The translations under genes were made by a program, and so were the position numbers. Of a DNA stretch of 64,000 nt, positions 39,402 to 47,286 are shown in pieces (within the stretch, counting starts at the first letter, position 1; every line of letters starts with the position of its first letter). The notes below the pieces were generated by a model. That model had not been told where the DNA came from, did no database searches, and worked only from the letters and a program-made list of their open reading frames with translations. Origin of the DNA: a virus (taxonomy: Duplodnaviria; Caudoviricetes); IMG/VR virus record IMGVR_UViG_3300035208_008180; one strand, given 5' to 3'.

Positions 39402-39839
39402 ATTTTTTGTCAATTCGTTCCAAGAACCAATTCTTTTCCAATGAACACTGCCTTTGGAAAGTTTATTGAAAAACGCCTGTGTTATACAAACCTCACAATT
39501 TTGTATAAACATCTCTCCTTCTTCTGCTTTTAAAGGATCGTTCCATCTATTTCCATCAAACAGAGCTATTAGAACAAAAGTCTCACTGGCCACCTGTGCC
39601 AGTATCCAATAGCCATGTTCATTATGAAATATATCACCACTTTTATACATCATTGGTGGTAATCTACAGAGCGTTGGTTTGCCCAAGGGAATTTCAGCAC
39701 AGGGATTTTGCACTTTGGATCGAACCTTTGGTTCCAATGGAATTTCACTGTAATAGTCCCAATTACGATTCTGTCCATATTGTTCTTCCAACCACTTATT
39801 ATAGCATTCTTCGTCTTCAATGTATGGATTGGAATACAT
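39393..39839 (-). CDS. Hypothetical protein
   Basis: 148-aa ORF. Confidence 0.6.
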   Translation of the reverse strand: MYSNPYIEDEECYNKWLEEQYGQNRNWDYYSEIPLEPKVRSKVQNPCAEIPLGKPTLCRLPPMMYKSGDIFHNEHGYWILAQVASETFVLIALFDGNRWNDPLKAEEGEMFIQNCEVCITQAFFNKLSKGSVHWKRIGSWNELTKNGD

Positions 39840-39841
39840 GC

Positions 39842-40405
39842 TTATTTTTTCACAAATGAGAAACCAGCAAGGTCTTCATTTTGGCTTTCTCTGTCTTGGT
39901 CGAAACCATGAAAAAGATGATCCAATATTGCTTTGCTGTCTACCAATCCACAATGCTTGTAATGTACCACTTTCTCTCCACCATGTCGCACCACAACAAT
40001 TATTGCTTTGATTCTAATGAGCCAATCTACCACATGCTTATAAAGCAATGCATCCATTCCCTTATCTGTCATTTCTTCTATTGTTAGTAATTCGTATTCC
40101 TTATAATAACCACGAGGGGTTATGATAAAACCACAACGATCAGGACGGAGGTTGGCTGCTAATTTCTTGTTTCGTAGCCATGTGCATTTATAATCTCTGC
40201 ACAACTGGGGACGGGTTTCATAACAATCACAACCCCCACCCTCTCTTATGTATGCACACATTGCTTTTGCAGGTTTGTCCCCTTGTTCAAAAAGAAAACA
40301 ACAGGCATAACAATCACCACAACTATGTGGACGATCTCGAAATAATTGCTGCTTTTTATTCCGCTCAGCAGCTTTCTTTTTCTTTTTTTCTAGCTTTTTA
40401 TTCAT
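39842..40405 (-). CDS. YkgJ-like Cys-cluster (CxxCxxCC) protein
   Basis: CGDCYACC...C..YETRPQLCRDY.C; start moved out of the tRNA. Confidence 0.7.
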   Translation of the reverse strand: MNKKLEKKKKKAAERNKKQQLFRDRPHSCGDCYACCFLFEQGDKPAKAMCAYIREGGGCDCYETRPQLCRDYKCTWLRNKKLAANLRPDRCGFIITPRGYYKEYELLTIEEMTDKGMDALLYKHVVDWLIRIKAIIVVVRHGGEKVVHYKHCGLVDSKAILDHLFHGFDQDRESQNEDLAGFSFVKK

Positions 40406-40407
40406 AG

Positions 40408-40490
40408 TGCCCAGGACAGGAGTCGAACCTGCACGGGATTGCTCCCGCCAGCCCCTCAAGCTGGTGCGGCTGCCATTTCGCCACCTGGGC
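40408..40490 (-). tRNA. tRNA-Leu(GAG), long variable arm
   Basis: CCAGC-TTGAGGG-GCTGG; GTTCGAC T-loop. Confidence 0.92.
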
Positions 40491-41111
40491 TTACAAATGT
40501 TGCTTATCTATCCAACCCCTGCTTTTTCTTCCTTTGCCACGATTTCTTCCAGCGAAGGTAGGCAATTGCATATCGCAGTTACCACAAACCAACCTTACAT
40601 TTTCTAATCTATGGTCTTCGGGATCGCCGTTGATGTGATCCAAAATAAGCGGGATAGGTTTTCCCATCCATTCGCTATTATTGCAGATTTCACATTGCCT
40701 TCCTCTAGTTTCAGCTAAATACTTTTTCGCCATGCTCGGATTATATCCGTAACCACAATTGGTTGGCAACAAAGCATTACTACTCTCGATCAATTCCTTC
40801 TTTTTCTTCCATTTCGATTCATTATTGCAGGCGTAGGAACAGTATTTTTTGTTCGTGGTTAAAGAGCCACAATTTAAACACTTGCAAAGTACCGGGCTTT
40901 GGGTGTTCCTCGCCACTCCTTTGTTGTTGAAGCTTGCCGAACAGCCACTACTACAGAAGTCATTCCTTCTTTTCTCATACGCTATTGTGAGTCCACAATT
41001 TTTACATAATTTAGGCTTCAGCAAGTACCGATCAAGGCATCTTTTGTGCTTTTCTCGCTGATAATGTCTGTTTTTTAATCCGCCTAATCTTCCACATTCG
41101 CTTTTATTCAT
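40491..41111 (-). CDS. HNH homing endonuclease
   Basis: CEIC...LDHINGD...NVRLVCGNCD; abuts a tRNA. Confidence 0.8.
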   Translation of the reverse strand: MNKSECGRLGGLKNRHYQREKHKRCLDRYLLKPKLCKNCGLTIAYEKRRNDFCSSGCSASFNNKGVARNTQSPVLCKCLNCGSLTTNKKYCSYACNNESKWKKKKELIESSNALLPTNCGYGYNPSMAKKYLAETRGRQCEICNNSEWMGKPIPLILDHINGDPEDHRLENVRLVCGNCDMQLPTFAGRNRGKGRKSRGWIDKQHL

Positions 41112-41191
41112 TGCTACCTCTGTTTCTTGAAAATAATTATAAGATTATATAGTAATCCTACATTCATTTTTCGAGAAACAAATTTGGCAAG

Positions 41192-41263
41192 AGCTACTTA
41201 TTGGAATTACACCAATGCCTTCGCATTACGAGTGCGATATACTGCTGACTATACGAAAGTAGC
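41192..41263 (-). tRNA. tRNA-Thr(CGT), atypical T-loop
   Basis: GCTACTT/AAGTAGC acceptor; TCGCA-CTCGTAA-TGCGA; T-loop TGTAATT. Confidence 0.8.
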
Positions 41264-41268
41264 ATAAG

Positions 41269-41354
41269 CGGAAGGTGTGGGAGTCGAACCCACAAGGCTT
41301 TTTACACTCGTCCGCTTTCCAAGCGGGTGCCGTCGCCAATCGGCTAGACCTTCC
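41269..41354 (-). tRNA. tRNA-Ser(GGA)
   Basis: CCGC-TTGGAAA-GCGG; long variable arm; G73. Confidence 0.9.
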
Positions 41355-41661
41355 TTTTAAACAACTCTGGATTTTCTGCTACAATGCGTTTTGTTTCTTC
41401 GTGACGCAACCGCCAATCCTCTTCTTCCTGGGCCATATCACGAATCAACTGCCCAGTAGCCAGAAATTTGTCCACACAATCATCACAGATGCCGAAAATA
41501 AATCGTTCTAAATCATGTCTCGACCCATAGCCAGCCATGAAACCATCCACGTTAGCATCATCCCAGCAACTGCTTTGCGGCGTGCCATCCGACGTTTCGG
41601 GGTAGGGTTGCAATTGCTTGCAACAGCCTATACAGAGGATTTTAACATCTTTTGCCTTCAT
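41344..41661 (-). CDS. Hypothetical Zn-binding protein
   Basis: CIGC...ICDDC; start at MKAKD. Confidence 0.6.
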   Translation of the reverse strand: MKAKDVKILCIGCCKQLQPYPETSDGTPQSSCWDDANVDGFMAGYGSRHDLERFIFGICDDCVDKFLATGQLIRDMAQEEEDWRLRHEETKRIVAENPELFKRKV

Positions 41662-41673
41662 TACAATCTCCAG

Positions 41674-41756
41674 CGGAAGCGACAGGATTCGAACCTGCAA
41701 CCCGTCTTAGGGGCAACGGTTTTCAAGACCGCCCGCTAACCATTCGCCTCGCTTCC
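41674..41756 (-). tRNA. tRNA-Ser(TGA)
   Basis: GCGGT-CTTGAAA-ACCGT; G73. Confidence 0.9.
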
Positions 41757-42022
41757 TAATGAGCCTCAAATCCCTTCTTCTCAATATCCTGTTTAATTTG
41801 TTCTATTACCTTAGTTCTGTTCACATAAGATTGGATCACGTATTGTCTGCCACTTGATGTAGTCAATTCGTTTGTTTCCTCATCAAAAACTTTAGGTGTA
41901 GAAACAAACACCGATTTTCCATCTTCAAAATTAGGATGCCCATAGACTTGCCCAGATAGCCTCCAAACATCCATCCCACAACCTAATTCCATTTCGTATT
42001 TTGCATTTTCTAATATAACCAT
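41756..42022 (-). CDS. Hypothetical phage protein
   Basis: LSGQVYGHPNFEDG...TSSGRQY. Confidence 0.7.
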   Translation of the reverse strand: MVILENAKYEMELGCGMDVWRLSGQVYGHPNFEDGKSVFVSTPKVFDEETNELTTSSGRQYVIQSYVNRTKVIEQIKQDIEKKGFEAH

Positions 42023-42447
42023 TAAAAATTTCCTTCTGTCATGGCTTTGACAAATGCTTTTGCCATCACCATCCCGCCAGTTGTGGGAACAAATCTCGCA
42101 ATTGGTGAATAAAAATCAGGATTGTTGGAAAAATGTGGATCAATACTACCTTGTGCCAATAAATCCGCCACTGTTCCCTCAGCATAGACCAAGATTTTTA
42201 CACCCTCAAAGTTTGTGCAATCAGGATATTTAATCCTGACAATCAAAAATTCTCCAATTTGTTCCGAATATAAAATCTCAAAATTCTTTGGATTAGGATT
42301 CGGAAATTTCTTTTTTGCCTTCCTCCTCCCCTGTGTTTGCACCTGACAAGTCTCTGGTGATTGCTGCTGGTTACAATTGCAATATACAACCGTTGGCTTA
42401 TCGTATGAAGAAGAACTGCCACCAAAACCAAGTCCCATGATTAGCAT
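42022..42447 (-). CDS. Hypothetical phage protein
   Basis: PNPNP.NF, YPDCTNFEG.KILVY, IDPHF. Confidence 0.7.
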   Translation of the reverse strand: MLIMGLGFGGSSSSYDKPTVVYCNCNQQQSPETCQVQTQGRRKAKKKFPNPNPKNFEILYSEQIGEFLIVRIKYPDCTNFEGVKILVYAEGTVADLLAQGSIDPHFSNNPDFYSPIARFVPTTGGMVMAKAFVKAMTEGNF

Positions 42448-43865
42448 GCCTCCTTTTGTAATTTAGCATCCCTGCGAGCTTTCTTTAATCTATTCGAACA
42501 ACTTACAGAGCAGGTTTCGTGAGTTGCTTTGCGTTTGGTGTACACTTTTTTACACACCAAACAACGAGCCGTTTTTTTTGCCACTGAAGCTTTGAAACAT
42601 TCTTGGCTGCAAAATCTTGATTGGGCTTTTGTTCTTGCATGAAACTTTTGACGACAAAATTCACAACAGTAAATTGGCCACGATTGTTTTCGACATTCTT
42701 CACTGCAATACTTGGCACCATTTGATTGTTTGGAAAGAATCTTAAATATATTGCCACAAATTTTGCATTTCTTTTTTGTCAAAAGTCCTTTTGCCGATGC
42801 CTCTACATTCTCTTTCTTTAACTGTTGGATTTTATAATAATCAGTGTTCCAACACTTTTTACTGCAATACATTTGTGTGGCATAATTTACGCCAAATTCT
42901 TTTTTGCAACAAATGCAAATTCTTTTGTTTTTTCCACGTTTTCTGTGTTTTTCTGCCCACCAAGCATTACAACATTTTTTTGAGCAAAATAATGAAATAT
43001 AGGATTTTGGCTTAAATATATTCCCACAATTCTTGCAGGGACGTGGATTCAGCAGTTCTGGGAACTTTCGCCTCACCAAGCTTTTGCATTTTACACTACA
43101 ATATATCTTTCTAGAGGTTGGTACATCAAACACGTTTCCACAAATACATATCCTGCGTTGCTCTAGCCACCGCAACACTTTTTTCAAACGTATGCGAATT
43201 GCTTCTTTGGTTAGTCCTAATTCATCGCCTATCTCTTTAAGGGTCATTCTGCGACCCTTCAAACCGTAATATCGAAAAAGGACATCTCTGTATTTTTTAG
43301 GTATTTGTTTACGACGCACTAAAGACAACACTTCGTCAACCTGTTTTGCAACTTCGCTTTGTTGTCCTCTGTTAATATTATCAATTGGCTCTAAGGTTTT
43401 GTCTTCTTCAATACAACAACTAAAAGACCCAACAGTTTTTACTTTATTTATTTGTTGAAGAAGGGCTTCGTCTTTTGAAGATATTTCTTCTTTATCTTGA
43501 GATAGCCGAAATGCTCTTTTGTTTGCCCATTGCGGGATATAAATAATTTTTTTCTGAGCACGGGCATCATTTATAGCATGTTCAACCGCTGTGCTGACAT
43601 AAGTTGACAGCTTTGCTGTGATTCCATCCCAATGATCTACAGCACGACATATGGCTATGCTGGCTTCTGTTAAAAACTCATCATCTATTTCTTTGCCCTT
43701 ACAGGCGTCTCTTACTTTGCTAAACGCTAGACGCAAACAAGATTCGATGAGCTTGTGTCTTGCTTCTTGGTTGCCTGCCTTTGCTTTTGGAAGCAATTCC
43801 AAACACTCTTGATGACTTAGTATTTTGACATGTTTTAAATCATTTAAATAAGCATCAATATCCAC
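42441..43865 (-). CDS. Sigma70-family RNA polymerase sigma factor fused to six CxxC..CSxxC Zn-binding repeats
   Basis: YLND...LS..E, ARHKLIESCLRL, RAVDHWD...LSTY, MTLKEIGDELGLTKEAIR; GTG start at 43865. Confidence 0.85.
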   Translation of the reverse strand: MDIDAYLNDLKHVKILSHQECLELLPKAKAGNQEARHKLIESCLRLAFSKVRDACKGKEIDDEFLTEASIAICRAVDHWDGITAKLSTYVSTAVEHAINDARAQKKIIYIPQWANKRAFRLSQDKEEISSKDEALLQQINKVKTVGSFSCCIEEDKTLEPIDNINRGQQSEVAKQVDEVLSLVRRKQIPKKYRDVLFRYYGLKGRRMTLKEIGDELGLTKEAIRIRLKKVLRWLEQRRICICGNVFDVPTSRKIYCSVKCKSLVRRKFPELLNPRPCKNCGNIFKPKSYISLFCSKKCCNAWWAEKHRKRGKNKRICICCKKEFGVNYATQMYCSKKCWNTDYYKIQQLKKENVEASAKGLLTKKKCKICGNIFKILSKQSNGAKYCSEECRKQSWPIYCCEFCRQKFHARTKAQSRFCSQECFKASVAKKTARCLVCKKVYTKRKATHETCSVSCSNRLKKARRDAKLQKEAC

Positions 43866-43900
43866 AATAAACTTCCTTGTGTTTGTATCATCTTGCAGAG

Positions 43901-43976
43901 TAGCACCAGGGGGATTCGAACCCACCACTACCCAGTGTTTAAAACTGGTGACTTCTGCCAATTGGTCTATGGTGCC
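43901..43976 (-). tRNA. tRNA-Leu(TAA), short variable region
   Basis: CCAGT-TTTAAAC-ACTGG; 76 nt; A73. Confidence 0.85.
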
Positions 43977-43981
43977 ATGAG

Positions 43982-44055
43982 TAGCGAGGAGGGGATTCGA
44001 ACCCCTACTGTCTGGTTCCTAAGACCAGTGCCGCTGCCAATTGGGCTACCTCGCC
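43982..44055 (-). tRNA. tRNA-Leu(TAG), short variable region
   Basis: CTGGT-CTTAGGA-ACCAG; variable region ACAGT. Confidence 0.88.
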
Positions 44056-44057
44056 AT

Positions 44058-44375
44058 TTATGATTGTTCTATATCCTGAACATCAACTCTTTTCCTAAGT
44101 TCTTTGAAAATTTCGTGTGCAGCTTCTTTTCCAGTTGTTGCAGCATCAAGCTTCTTTATCAATTCTGTTGTGCCTAATTTCCACACAGCATATTCTTCAT
44201 CGGTTTCACAGAGTATTAAATTCAGTTTACCAAACCGAACTACAGTCGAATGAGGATTGTCAGACAACCTTCGTAACGATTGTGCTGTTCCTGTGTTGAC
44301 TCGGATAACAAGGTCTACATCTGAGTTTGCGTTTGGCTTGCCGTAAGCTCTACTGCCCGTAATAAATGCGTTCAT
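44058..44375 (-). CDS. Minimal nucleotidyltransferase (MNT, pol-beta superfamily)
   Basis: ITGSRAYG.....SDVDL. Confidence 0.8.
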   Translation of the reverse strand: MNAFITGSRAYGKPNANSDVDLVIRVNTGTAQSLRRLSDNPHSTVVRFGKLNLILCETDEEYAVWKLGTTELIKKLDAATTGKEAAHEIFKELRKRVDVQDIEQS

Positions 44376-44650
44376 TTTTTTACCTTGTCATCGTTCACTG
44401 GCCAATGCTTTCTGCCTTCTGAAACATGCTCTAATGCTTCTCGGATTATTTCAGGTGATTCCTCAATCTCAACAAAAGCCCACCCTGGCGGGCAATTGCC
44501 TACATTTTTCTTGGGAGATACCATCACCCCCAAGTGTTCGCCACAAGTTGCTAGCCCGCCACCAATCGATTTGAGAAATTCCGCATAACTGAGATTATCT
44601 GGAACTTCCAAATCATTCCCATGTTCATCCTTGCGACCAATGACTTTCAT
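44372..44650 (-). CDS. Hypothetical protein
   Basis: GGAG Shine-Dalgarno site + MKVIG start. Confidence 0.6.
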   Translation of the reverse strand: MKVIGRKDEHGNDLEVPDNLSYAEFLKSIGGGLATCGEHLGVMVSPKKNVGNCPPGWAFVEIEESPEIIREALEHVSEGRKHWPVNDDKVKK

Positions 44651-44662
44651 TTTTTCTCCAAG

Positions 44663-44748
44663 CGGAAACGGAGGGAGTCGAACCCCCAAGGCTTTTTACA
44701 CTCATCTGTTTTCAGAACAGGTTTCGTCACCAATCGATTTGCGTTTCC
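44663..44748 (-). tRNA. tRNA-Ser(TGA), atypical (C33)
   Basis: Ser-type body similar to Ser(GGA); loop TCTGAAA. Confidence 0.75.
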
Positions 44749-44753
44749 GAAAG

Positions 44754-44827
44754 TAGCACCAGAAGGATTCGAACCTTCACTGAACAGTGTTTGAAACTGT
44801 TGCCGCTGCCAATTGGGCTATGGTGCC
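44754..44827 (-). tRNA. tRNA-Leu(CAA), short variable region
   Basis: ACAGT-TTCAAAC-ACTGT; variable region TCAGT. Confidence 0.88.
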
Positions 44828-44832
44828 ATAAG

Positions 44833-44906
44833 TAGCATCGGTGGGATTCGAACCCACAACCTCTACATTTTGAGTGTAGCGACTCTGCCAGTTGGTCTAC
44901 GATGCC
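44833..44906 (-). tRNA. tRNA-Leu(CAA), short variable region
   Basis: CTACA-CTCAAAA-TGTAG; variable region AGGTT. Confidence 0.88.
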
Positions 44907-44912
44907 AAAATA

Positions 44913-45608
44913 TCAAACAACCCCTAGTTGTGTCAGGATTGTCGCATGTTGCTCAGTCATGGTTGTCAGTTGTGTATTGAGGGATGCAAGTGATGCTTCC
45001 AAATCCGACTTCTCTGCCAGTATTACAGCATGCTGTTCTGTCAAGACTGCTAATTGTGCATTTAAAGATTCAAGAGATGCTTCCAAATCTGCTTTTTCTA
45101 TCAACAGTTCTTCCGCTGGTGTTTCTCCACTTGCATCAATGCCCGCATTTACAACCACCAGTCTTTCAGTCTTTGTTAGTATGTCAGCATTTATCAGGTC
45201 AATAGATGCTCCACTTGCATCAACGCTCGCACTTACAACTGCCAGTCTTTCAGTATTTGTTTGTATGCCAGGATTTATCGCATTTATTGCGGCAACAAGT
45301 TGTCGCAATTGATATTCTAATGAAAACAGTAATGCCATGCCCCCAACAACTTGAGCAGCTAAAGGGTGAGTATAAACCAATTCCCAAATATTATCAAAAA
45401 ATTCAACTTTGTCCTGATCTGCACCCGGATATAGTTGTTTTGTGGTGTAATTGTAGGGTCTAAAAACAATTGTCAATGGTTGTTTTGTAGCATCAACGTT
45501 TATCGTTTGCACGTTAAATGCCACAATATAAAGCTCGTTATACACAGCCTCAACAGTGGCAGGAACTATTAGTGGGCTTGGATTAGGAATCAGAGGTAAA
45601 TCAGCCAT
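44913..45608 (-). CDS. Hypothetical protein with internally duplicated coiled coil
   Basis: TERL.VV.A..DASG x2; EK.DLEASL.SLN.QL...TEQHA.IL x2. Confidence 0.7.
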   Translation of the reverse strand: MADLPLIPNPSPLIVPATVEAVYNELYIVAFNVQTINVDATKQPLTIVFRPYNYTTKQLYPGADQDKVEFFDNIWELVYTHPLAAQVVGGMALLFSLEYQLRQLVAAINAINPGIQTNTERLAVVSASVDASGASIDLINADILTKTERLVVVNAGIDASGETPAEELLIEKADLEASLESLNAQLAVLTEQHAVILAEKSDLEASLASLNTQLTTMTEQHATILTQLGVV

Positions 45609-45622
45609 ATTTTTTCCTTTGT

Positions 45623-45844
45623 TTAATTCAAATGTACTGTACCACGACCTTTGGTGGTTCTTACGATTTTTGTTATACCATCTTTTTCAACTTTTACAAT
45701 ACGAAGTGGATCACTTGGATACAAAGAGTCAAATGCGTCTACATAACCATCGCAATAAGCTCTTGTTTTATGCTCTATAAAAGATACTTTACGCCATCCA
45801 AGATCGCCACTGTTTCTCTCTACGTAATACATTTTTTTCTCCAA
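45623..45844 (-). CDS. Hypothetical protein
   Basis: ORF between tRNAs. Confidence 0.55.
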   Translation of the reverse strand: MEKKMYYVERNSGDLGWRKVSFIEHKTRAYCDGYVDAFDSLYPSDPLRIVKVEKDGITKIVRTTKGRGTVHLN

Positions 45845-45845
45845 G

Positions 45846-45920
45846 TGCCACGAGCGAGATTCGAACTCGCACTGTCTAGTATCTCGGACTAGCGACTCCT
45901 ACCAATTGGTCTACCGTGGC
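45846..45920 (-). tRNA. tRNA-Leu(GAG), short variable region, C33
   Basis: CTAGT-CCGAGAT-ACTAG. Confidence 0.8.
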
Positions 45921-46104
45921 GTACATCACATATAATGATCTTGATCTTTTTCTCGCCAATATTCATCCTCTTTTTGCCGATACTCAGCATACTCTGCGTT
46001 TGTATAGTATTGATACGATCCACAGGCACACGGATTACAATTACATATTCTGCATACTGCTGCATTATCTATATCATTCATTATTATTTCTCGGGTGTGT
46101 AAAG

Positions 46105-46178
46105 TAGCGAGGAGGGGATTCGAACCCCTACTGGATAGTTCCTGAAACTATTGCCGCTGCCAATTGGGCTACCTCGCC
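46105..46178 (-). tRNA. tRNA-Leu(CAG), short variable region
   Basis: ATAGT-TTCAGGA-ACTAT; body nearly identical to Leu(TAG) at 43982. Confidence 0.88.
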
Positions 46179-46184
46179 ATAAAG

Positions 46185-46262
46185 TGGCTGTGGCGGGTCT
46201 CGAAGCCGCAAAACATCACAAAGTTCTGGACTTTGCCGCTTTTCCGATTTGCGTACACAGCC
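46185..46262 (-). tRNA. Atypical tRNA, anticodon CAG (Leu), possibly degenerate
   Basis: GGCTGTG/CACAGCC acceptor; CAAAG-TCCAGAA-CTTTG; T-stem mismatch. Confidence 0.6.
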
Positions 46263-46267
46263 ATAAG

Positions 46268-46350
46268 TGCCCAAGGAGGGACTTGAACCCTCAAGAGATT
46301 TCTCTCGCCAGATTTTGAGTCTGGTGCGGTTGCCATTTCGCCACCTGGGC
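46268..46350 (-). tRNA. tRNA-Leu(CAA), long variable arm
   Basis: CCAGA-CTCAAAA-TCTGG. Confidence 0.92.
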
Positions 46351-46355
46351 ATAAG

Positions 46356-46427
46356 TGGAGCAGGTGGGTATCGCACCCACGTCTACAGCTTTTCAGACTG
46401 TCACTAATCTACCTCAGTTACTGCTCC
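46356..46427 (-). tRNA. tRNA-Phe(GAA), atypical T-loop
   Basis: ACAGT-CTGAAAA-GCTGT; T-loop TGCGATA. Confidence 0.8.
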
Positions 46428-46432
46428 ATAAG

Positions 46433-46505
46433 TGGTAGGGGTCGGAGTCGAACCGACACTTCCACGTTTTCAGCGTGGCACTCAGACCAGCTAAGTTACC
46501 CTACC
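46433..46505 (-). tRNA. tRNA-Phe(GAA)
   Basis: CCACG-CTGAAAA-CGTGG. Confidence 0.9.
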
Positions 46506-46956
46506 TCATTCCATCATGTATTTCTCTATGACAATTACTACAAACAAGCACACATTTTTTTACTTCTTCGATAAGTTTGTCCCAACGTGCTAACATTCCT
46601 TTGCTGGAAAATCCAAAACTTTTTTCTTGTTTTTCATCCATGTTTTTGTGATGAAACTCAAGAGCCTTCATACAACGATTATACCCACATTCTGAACAAG
46701 CACCGCCACACATTTTGACTAATTCAATCTTTCTGTTCTTTCTGGCTTTTCTTTGCCATTTTTTATATTTTTCATTATCACGCTTTCTTTTTTCTTCAGT
46801 TGTTAGCGGGATATGTTGAATTTCTAGTTTTTTTGTGTTGCCACAACCAAAAGGCGAACATTCAAGGCAATATTTGCGATTGTGCAGGTTTCTTATTTTT
46901 CCATCTATTTTAAGTTTTGATGGGAACTTTTTTTTACATAATTTACATAATGGCAT
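46501..46956 (-). CDS. HNH endonuclease
   Basis: CSECGY...LEFHH...KCVLVCSNCHREIH. Confidence 0.8.
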   Translation of the reverse strand: MPLCKLCKKKFPSKLKIDGKIRNLHNRKYCLECSPFGCGNTKKLEIQHIPLTTEEKRKRDNEKYKKWQRKARKNRKIELVKMCGGACSECGYNRCMKALEFHHKNMDEKQEKSFGFSSKGMLARWDKLIEEVKKCVLVCSNCHREIHDGMR

Positions 46957-47030
46957 AGTTTTTCTCCTATGCTATTATGTAGTAAAGTAGTATCAAAAAA
47001 TCCAACTTTTTTAGGCTACTTTTTCCTCAG

Positions 47031-47123
47031 TGGGAAGTGACGGAATCGAACCGCTCAAAGTCATACCACCCCAAATTCTTTAACGACTAACAGATTTACA
47101 GTCTGCCTTGGGGAACACCTCCC
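47031..47123 (-). tRNA. D-armless tRNA-Tyr(GTA)-like RNA with extended variable arm
   Basis: GGGAGGT/ACTTCCC-A acceptor, GCAGA-CTGTAAA-TCTGT, TTCGATT T-loop; only 10 nt in place of the D-arm. Confidence 0.75.
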
Positions 47124-47127
47124 ATTT

Positions 47128-47284
47128 TGGTTCTCAGTGTGTTATTACACCAAAGGCAAGAGCGACAATACACACTCTTTGCGACACCCAGTATTGTTCT
47201 TTCCAGGTGATTGCTTTTCGCCACGCAGCTAACGCTACCACTCTTTAAATGCTGGACACTCCTAATCCCACATCCTGAGAACCA
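47128..47284 (-). ncRNA. Unknown structured RNA inside the tRNA array
   Basis: Terminal inverted repeat TTGGTTCTCAG/CTGAGAACCAA; spaced like a tRNA between two tRNA-Tyr genes. Confidence 0.55.
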
Positions 47285-47286
47285 AG

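Noticed and set aside
43866-43961. N-terminal extensions of ORFs 42441..43961, 39842..40459, 39070..39441, 41344..41700, 44372..44689 and 48048..48464
   Set aside because: The extensions run through tRNA genes; starts were moved to downstream codons outside the tRNAs.
43901-44906. Possible suppressor or selenocysteine tRNAs (TTA/TCA triplets in loops TTTAAAC, TTCAAAC, CTCAAAA) implying genetic-code reassignment
   Set aside because: With 5-bp stems and 7-nt loops the central triplets are TAA, CAA and CAA (Leu). Conserved genes are intact under the standard code and all three stop codons are used.
43901-46505. Recurring GCTGCCAATTGGGCTA and GGATTCGAACC strings suggesting a CRISPR array
   Set aside because: They are the D- and T-arms of paralogous tRNAs; there is no constant repeat-spacer period and no cas gene.
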